A DNA stretch of 64,000 nt from Octopus sinensis. Its lineage: Eukaryota. The notes beneath the pieces were generated by a model, which saw only the letters and a program-made list of their open reading frames with translations, ran no database searches and had not been told where the DNA came from. Of the stretch, positions 58,701 to 64,000 are shown one piece after another (positions within the stretch are counted from its first letter, which is position 1; each line of letters opens with the position of its first letter). Both the position numbers and the translations under genes were made by a program. The stretch lies in NCBI RefSeq assembly GCF_006345805.1, contig NC_043007.1, positions 22,010,001-22,074,000 on the forward strand, written 5' to 3'.

Positions 58701-60588
58701 TCTATGTTGTGGGGTACATTCTTCACCTGGGAAGGTTTTGGCATTTATAAGCAGCCATCTCTCCCTTTGCCTTGTAAGGATGTAGTCAATTTGGCTGGTA
58801 TGTTGGCCCGATTGGTAAGTGACTAGGTGGCTGGTAGGTTTCCTGAAGTTAGTGTTGCAAATCATAAGATTATTTGCATCGCAGAACTCCAGCAGCCTGG
58901 TTCCCTCCTCGTTGCGGGAGCCATAGCCATAGCCTCCATGTACGCCATGGAAGCCCCCAGCATGTCGTCCAACGTGACCATTGAAGTCACCAGCCACAAA
59001 GATAAGGTCTCTGTCGTTCGTCAATGAGGTAGTCTGCAGTAGAGTGTCATAGAATCGGTCTTTCTGTCCATCGGGTAGCCCCGACTGAGGAGCATAGGCT
59101 GATATAATGGTTGCTAAACTATGATGAAGCACTAATCTAATCTTAAGTATTCTGTCACTTACTCTGATTACCTCAATTACTTTATCTACCCATTTCTCAG
59201 CGATAAGTATACCCACGCCACCAACCCCGTCAGTGTTCCCTGCCCAGAAAATCTTGTACCTGCGTTCCTTGCCTGTGAGGAACCTAGCTGATCCTCCTCT
59301 CCACCTTATTTCTTGCATGCAACATATATCCACACATCTCCGTTCAAGCATCTCGACTATCTCACCAGACCTACCTTTCAGAGTGCCAACGTTGAGGGTG
59401 CCAACCCTGAGGGTGTGGAAGGCATGGGCTCTAGAGACCCTGGGACGGTGGACAGTAGCTTCGTGTACCTGAAAAGAAAGCTCGCATTTGGCAGAATTCA
59501 TGTGCAAGAAATGAAGTAGTAAAGTAGCCTTCAGTACAACCTGCATAACGCTAGCCTTTCATATTTTGCACTGTATGAACATTACCTTACATAGGTCGAG
59601 ACTAGGGGTAGGGAGGGGTATGGATGGTGAGAGCATTTGCAGTCTTCATGGGAAGCAACCCCGGAATGGAAGAGAATAGGAACTTCCGGCATGCGTGGTG
59701 GGTGTGGGAGGGCGGGTGCACCGTAGCTGAGTAAAGAGGTTCTGTTAATCGTGAGCTAGCAAATGGGTTTGTATGAATCGGGAGACAATACTAAACGAAA
59801 AATTGAAAAATTGAAAAATCAGAGTGGCTATGAACCTGGAGACAAGTCTAAACGAAAAAAAAATGTTTGAGCTAGACAGGGTAATGAGGGAATACTGAAA
59901 GAATGAGTGACAATACAATGAGATGGAAATTGAAGAATAGAGAAAGAATAAGGATAAGTGCAAGAAAGAAGGTAGTCGTAGCAAGGTTGGACGATTCACT
60001 TAACTTTTAGCCATTCATGATCTGTGCGTATTCTTTAGATATTTTGAAGCGAGTGGGGTTAACGATAAATGCGATGGCTCTTTTATGTATGGCGATGATG
60101 GTTTTGGGGAGGGGGGGGCATAGAGGACCATGGCGTTGATGGTTATGGGAAGGGGGGACATAGCGAGAGAGAGATACGGTTAGTTAGAGAGAGAGGTCAA
60201 GGGACACGTGACAATAAGCGGTGTGAGGGAATTTGACTGGGGACGGCATTGTCGATAAATAAACATTAGATAAATAGGTTTGAAAATCAGAAAAATCAGA
60301 GGGAATATCATTATTGATAGCTATATAACACCGTAGCTGAGTAAAGAGGTTCTGTTAATCGTGAGCTAGCAAATGGGTTTGTATGAATCGGGAGACAATA
60401 CTAAACGAAAAATTGAAAAATTGAAAAATCAGAGTGGCTATGAACCTGGAGACAAGTCTAAACGAAAAAAATGTTTGAGCTAGACAGGGTAATGAGGGAA
60501 TACTGAAAGAATGAGTGACAATACAATGAGATGGAAATTGAAGAATAGAGAAAGAATAAGGATAAGTGCAAGAAAGAAGGTAGTCGTA
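55779..60588 (-). mobile_element. Full-length RTE-clade non-LTR retrotransposon (about 4.8 kb)
   Basis: Intact ORF, about 600-bp 3' UTR ending in a (GAT)n tail at 55779-55799, about 1-kb 5' region. The 28-bp sequence atacatccatacacacatatatatatat occurs on both flanks (55751-55778, 60609-60636). The 5' boundary is inferred from this TSD. Confidence 0.85.
56379..59546 (-). CDS. RTE LINE ORF: APE endonuclease + reverse transcriptase (1055 aa)
   Basis: EN motifs LNVGTL, MQEIRW, GDFNGH, QIDYIL. RT motifs KAPGPSG, QFGF, FVDMEKAFDRV, QGSVLSPLLF, LYADDL, RYLG. RTE-type C-terminus RGRPRKTW. No stops. Confidence 0.97.
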   Translation of the reverse strand: MQVVLKATLLLHFLHMNSAKCELSFQVHEATVHRPRVSRAHAFHTLRVGTLNVGTLKGRSGEIVEMLERRCVDICCMQEIRWRGGSARFLTGKERRYKIFWAGNTDGVGGVGILIAEKWVDKVIEVIRVSDRILKIRLVLHHSLATIISAYAPQSGLPDGQKDRFYDTLLQTTSLTNDRDLIFVAGDFNGHVGRHAGGFHGVHGGYGYGSRNEEGTRLLEFCDANNLMICNTNFRKPTSHLVTYQSGQHTSQIDYILTRQRERWLLINAKTFPGEECTPQHRLVVSDFRIRTRRTTRRRQIWRRRIWKLKDPANGQRFRDILLEASDEVEGDRASQGVEDSWTFLRDNLLRATDQICGWCKVPSRPRITWWWNNIVDRAIREKRQAWKVWKNGGSRELYQTAKREARRQVYLARGEADKKKFANVLRREDQRLEVFRVARQCLRENRDVVGEKCVRMEDGSLALNEDAKREVWRCHYERLLNEENEWDKESLPNVDPTEGPAIRVDSSVVAKAIRSMKTGKAPGPSGITAEMLKMSGSVGYSLVTHIVNQVIHKGVIPNDWCSSIIVNCYKGKGDALDTNNYRGIKLLDQVMKVTERVIAQLIRERVSLDEMQFGFVPGKSTTDAIFLVRQLQEKYLAKDKPLYLAFVDMEKAFDRVPRSLIWWAMRKLGIDEWLVRAVRAMYRDAASRVRVGNEYSEEFRVEVGVHQGSVLSPLLFIIVLQAITEEFKTGCPWELLYADDLALIAESLSELEEKFQVWKQGLESKGLRVNLAKTKVVISRKVDKSQTPSGRWPCSICRKGVGRNSIRCTKCKLWTHKRCSNVKGRLTRKMVFVCGRCSGTINTENALRPTSVTFQGEKLEIVDSFRYLGDQVSSGGGCAESVTARVRIAWAKFRELLPLLVTKGLSHRVKGRLYDACVRTAMLHGSETWAVTAEDMRKLARNEASMLRWMCNAGTHTRQSVSTLREKLDLRSISCGVQERRLRWYGHVARMDEDSCVKKCHTLAVEGTCGRGRPRKTWDEVVKHDLRTLGLTEEMTRDRDLWKCAVREKTRQDK

Positions 60589-60949
60589 ATATATATATAT
60601 ATTTACATATACATCCATACACACATATATATATATATATATACACATGAACACACCCACACATACTGCAAGATGGCTGAAATCTGTAAAGCAGTGCAAA
60701 AAATTTTCTTTTATATTTTTACATTCAGTGGACGGGAGGACCGAACTGATGTTAAGATGAAGCTGTGAAATTAAATATTTATAGCAGACAGAACTCCATT
60801 CCTTGTTCAAAATTATTATTTTTATGTAATTATTCAATTATTTCCTGCTATATTCCATTATTTCAACTTCAAGACATTAAAACCCAACTGTTTAATTGGA
60901 TTATCATAAATTACCTTCACCATTTTACACGCTGCTGGGTTTGTCAGAA

Positions 60950-61150
60950 TTGGCACCAGGCAACTTGTTTGGCACCAGGCAACTTGCTTGGCACCAGGCA
61001 ACTTGTTTGACACCAGGCAACTTGTTTGGCACCAGGCAACTTGTTTGGCGCCAGACAACTTGTTTTGGCACCAGGCAACTTGTTTTGGCACCAGGCAACT
61101 TGTTTGGCACCAGGCAACTTGTTTGGCACCAGGCAACTTGCTTAGCACCA
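60950..61150 (+). repeat. 19-21-bp minisatellite (about 10 copies of TTGGCACCAGGCAACTTGT)
   Basis: Read directly. Confidence 0.92.
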
Positions 61151-61237
61151 TTTCCTCCAGCTTTACATTTTCTGAGGTCAACTTTGCCTCTCATCCTTTT
61201 GGGGTTGATAAAATAAGTACCAGTTGAGCACTGGGGC

Positions 61238-61530
61238 ACTTGTACTTGTACTTGTGGCGACGTTCACCCTGGGCGGGTCGAGTCGGCTTCTTCTACCACC
61301 CTTCTTCTACTCGAACCATGGCAGCCCACGCACGACGGTCCTGCGCCAGTTCACTGGAGATATTGCGAGCCGGTCACGGTTCCATCGGCGCGGGCCGACC
61401 ACCTGTGGTCCCGTGAGCACGGAGAGATCCTCCTTGATCGTCGTAACCCGGGTCTTCAGCTGCCCGCCCGCGCATTTCCGCCAGTTGGGAAGTGGAGTTG
61501 GGAGAAGGACATCACGGCTCAGTTCACCCA
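61238..61530 (-). pseudogene. 3' fragment of another RTE family with a (CAAGTA)n tail
   Basis: WRKCAGGQLKTRVTTIKEDL...GPQVVGPRRWNRD; the plus strand shows cttgtacttgtacttg. Confidence 0.65.
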
Positions 61531-64000
61531 TATGAGTACTGGGGTCAGTGTAATTGACCGGCCCCATGTCCCCCAAAATTTCAGGCCTTGTGCCTATTGT
61601 AGAAATGACTATTTTCACCATTTACTGCTGGTTCAACTTGTTCAACGAGTTATTTTTCAAAGCATGTTTTATAAGTTTCCATCAATGCTTTCTTCTTTAT
61701 TCATATCATCCTGGTTTACTATTTCTCTTAAGGTACTTTTGGGGATACACAATGGTCAGGAGGATAAAGTTGTAAGTTACTGTCTGGCTAAGAATGTCAT
61801 GAATAAGGCAGCGAGCAAAATGCCTAGCAGTATTTCATCTGCCATTACGTTCTGGGTTCAAATTCCGCCGAGGTCGACTTTGCCTTTCATCCTTTTGGGA
61901 TTGATAAATTAAGTACCAGTTATGCACTGGGGTCAATGTAATCGACTTAATTCGGTTGTCTGTCCTTGTTTGTCCCCTCTGTGTTTAGCCCCTTGAGGGC
62001 AATAAAGAAATAAGAAATGTTAGCATGCCGGGCAAAATGCTTAGCGGTATTTCATCTGTCTTTACATTCTGAGTTCAAATTCCGCTGAGGTCAACTTTGC
62101 CTTTCATCCTTTCGAGGTCGATAAATTAAGTACCAGTTATGCACTGGGGTCAGTGTAATCGACTTTATCCCTTGGTCTGTCCTTGTTTGTCCCCTCTGTG
62201 TTTAGCTCCTTGAGGGCAATAAAGAAATAAGAATGTCAGGAATTTAATATCTCACTTGCTACAACCAGTATATAGTGTTGTCATCGTAGTCGACATTGTC
62301 GTCATCATCATCATCTAATGTCTGTCTTCCATGCTAGAATGAGTTGGAAGTTTTGGTGAGAGCAGGCAAGCCAGAAGGCTGCACCAAGCTCCACTGTCTG
62401 TTTTTGGTATGGCTTCCACATTTGAATGCCCTTCCTAATGCCAACCACGTTACAGAGGGAACTTAGTGCTTTTTATGTGGCATAGGCACCAGCAAGGTCG
62501 GTCTGCTTTGGAATGGTTTTTTACAGCTGAATGCCCTTCCTAACGCCAACCATGTTACAGAGGGAACGGAGTGCTTTTTATGTGGCACCAGCACCGGCAA
62601 GGTCTGCTTTGGTATGGTTTCCACAGCTGAATGCCCTTCCTAACTCCAACCACGTTACAGAGGGAACGGAGTGCTTTTTATGTGGCACCGGCACCAGCAA
62701 GGTCGGTCTGCTTTGGAATGGTTTTTTTACAGCTGGATGCCCTTCCTAATGCCAACCACTTTACAGTGTGGACCATATGTGTCCTCAGATAAAATCAAGT
62801 ACTCTGCTTACCTCAGTCTGCTCAAATCAGAACAGGTACAACACTCGGATTAGTTGGCTGAACAGCTGGTTGTAGGAGAAGTATCCATTTAAAAGGAATT
62901 ACTTCCACAATTCATATGTAAATGACTAAATTTGCAAAGCAATCCTCTCCATAACAATGTAAAAATACATGTACCACCAGCCATAGTCATAGTAGTAGTA
63001 GTAGTAGTAGCTGCAGTAGTAATAGTAGTTGTAGTAATAATGATGGTAATAATTGATAATGAAAATGCCAAAACAAAAGCGTCAGTGGTAGCAGCAGCAG
63101 CAGTAGTAGTAGTAGTAGTAGCAGCAGCAATAATAATAATCAAAACTGTGGAGAGGTAGAAACAATAGGGTACCGTGATAAAATGTCTTTTAGTATTTAG
63201 TTCTACCTGTTTACATTCTTAGTTCAAATCCCACCACTATCAATTTTGCCTTCTTTCCTTCCAGGGTCGATATTCAGAAACTGGGATTGATGATTAAATT
63301 TTTTTTTCGGTTCCCTCCCCACATAATTTGTGGCCTTCTGCTGATGTTAGAAATCACCATCACCATCACCATTATTTTCGTTACTTAAATAAATAACAAC
63401 GACAACACAAATTGCATCATTTTGAGACAAATATTTGCTGCTGACCACAACCACATGGTCATCTTTAACCCTTTAGCATTTAAACCGGCCATATCTGGCC
63501 AAAAGTATTCTGCCTGTTTTATGTACAAAGTGGCCGGATCTGGTCTCTCACACCAACCCTACAATATCGTTTTAAAAATTAACAGCTTCCTCATCAAAAT
63601 CTCATCGCTACAAGATTAGTTCAAAACATGATTTGTTCAAAACAATGTGGATAAAAAAGAATTAATTTTGGCAGAATAATACGAACACTAAAGGGTTAAA
63701 TAAACTAAGGCAGACGATAATGCCCTTACACAACAGGAGACATGTTGCAAATCATCTACAATTGGGGTGGATATTTACTTTACTTCCAAATGAAATAAGA
63801 GAACCTCTCTCTTAAAAAAAAAATTCTTGTGTAAATATGACAATATTTAAGAAAAAAAAAACAACTGAATTCTATGATTATAAAAAGAAACTTTTAAAAA
63901 CATATCACAATGATACATTCCAGAAGATGCAAAACATTAATTGATATAATTTTGTTTTTAACTGTGGAACTTGAAGTAGATAAAGCTATAAATAATAACA

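Noticed and set aside
56986-59519. Plus-strand ORFs overlapping the LINE ORF (e.g. 57361..57804, 58426..58785)
   Set aside because: They are antisense shadows of a long coding frame with no independent motifs
62889-63159. Poly-T/A/V/I ORFs
   Set aside because: They are translations of (TAG/CAG/TAA)n microsatellites

Overview
AT-rich, repeat-dense animal genomic DNA, most likely an octopus or other coleoid cephalopod (inferred from the SINE/RTE repertoire and TA/AAT/CAT microsatellites, not confirmed). Two spliced protein genes sit head-to-head about 2.1 kb apart; I reconstructed both by hand with in-frame splice junctions. (1) NAA40 (NatD histone N-terminal acetyltransferase), minus strand, 9 coding exons, 30855->11131, 230 aa. 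(2) An uncharacterised secreted TPR-like + alpha/beta (S9-like) serine hydrolase, plus strand, 14 exons, 32971->55104, 982 aa, whose GHSMG nucleophile motif can only be spliced through a GC-AG intron. Just downstream is an apparently intact 4.8-kb RTE-clade LINE (55779-60588, minus) with a 1055-aa EN+RT ORF, a PHD-type C4HC3 finger inside the RT region, a duplicated 5' UTR unit and a long TSD. Its 3' UTR matches about 20 truncated copies across the window. The remainder is tRNA-derived SINEs, Helitrons, hAT and mariner elements, fold-back MITEs and TE-seeded minisatellites. The most unusual candidate is a head-to-head pair of SINE-like elements in NAA40 intron 6 that join a tRNA-like Pol III head to a minimal type-I hammerhead ribozyme motif; a second hammerhead-like family occurs at 282 and 20185. 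No database searches were run, so family names are by motif recognition.
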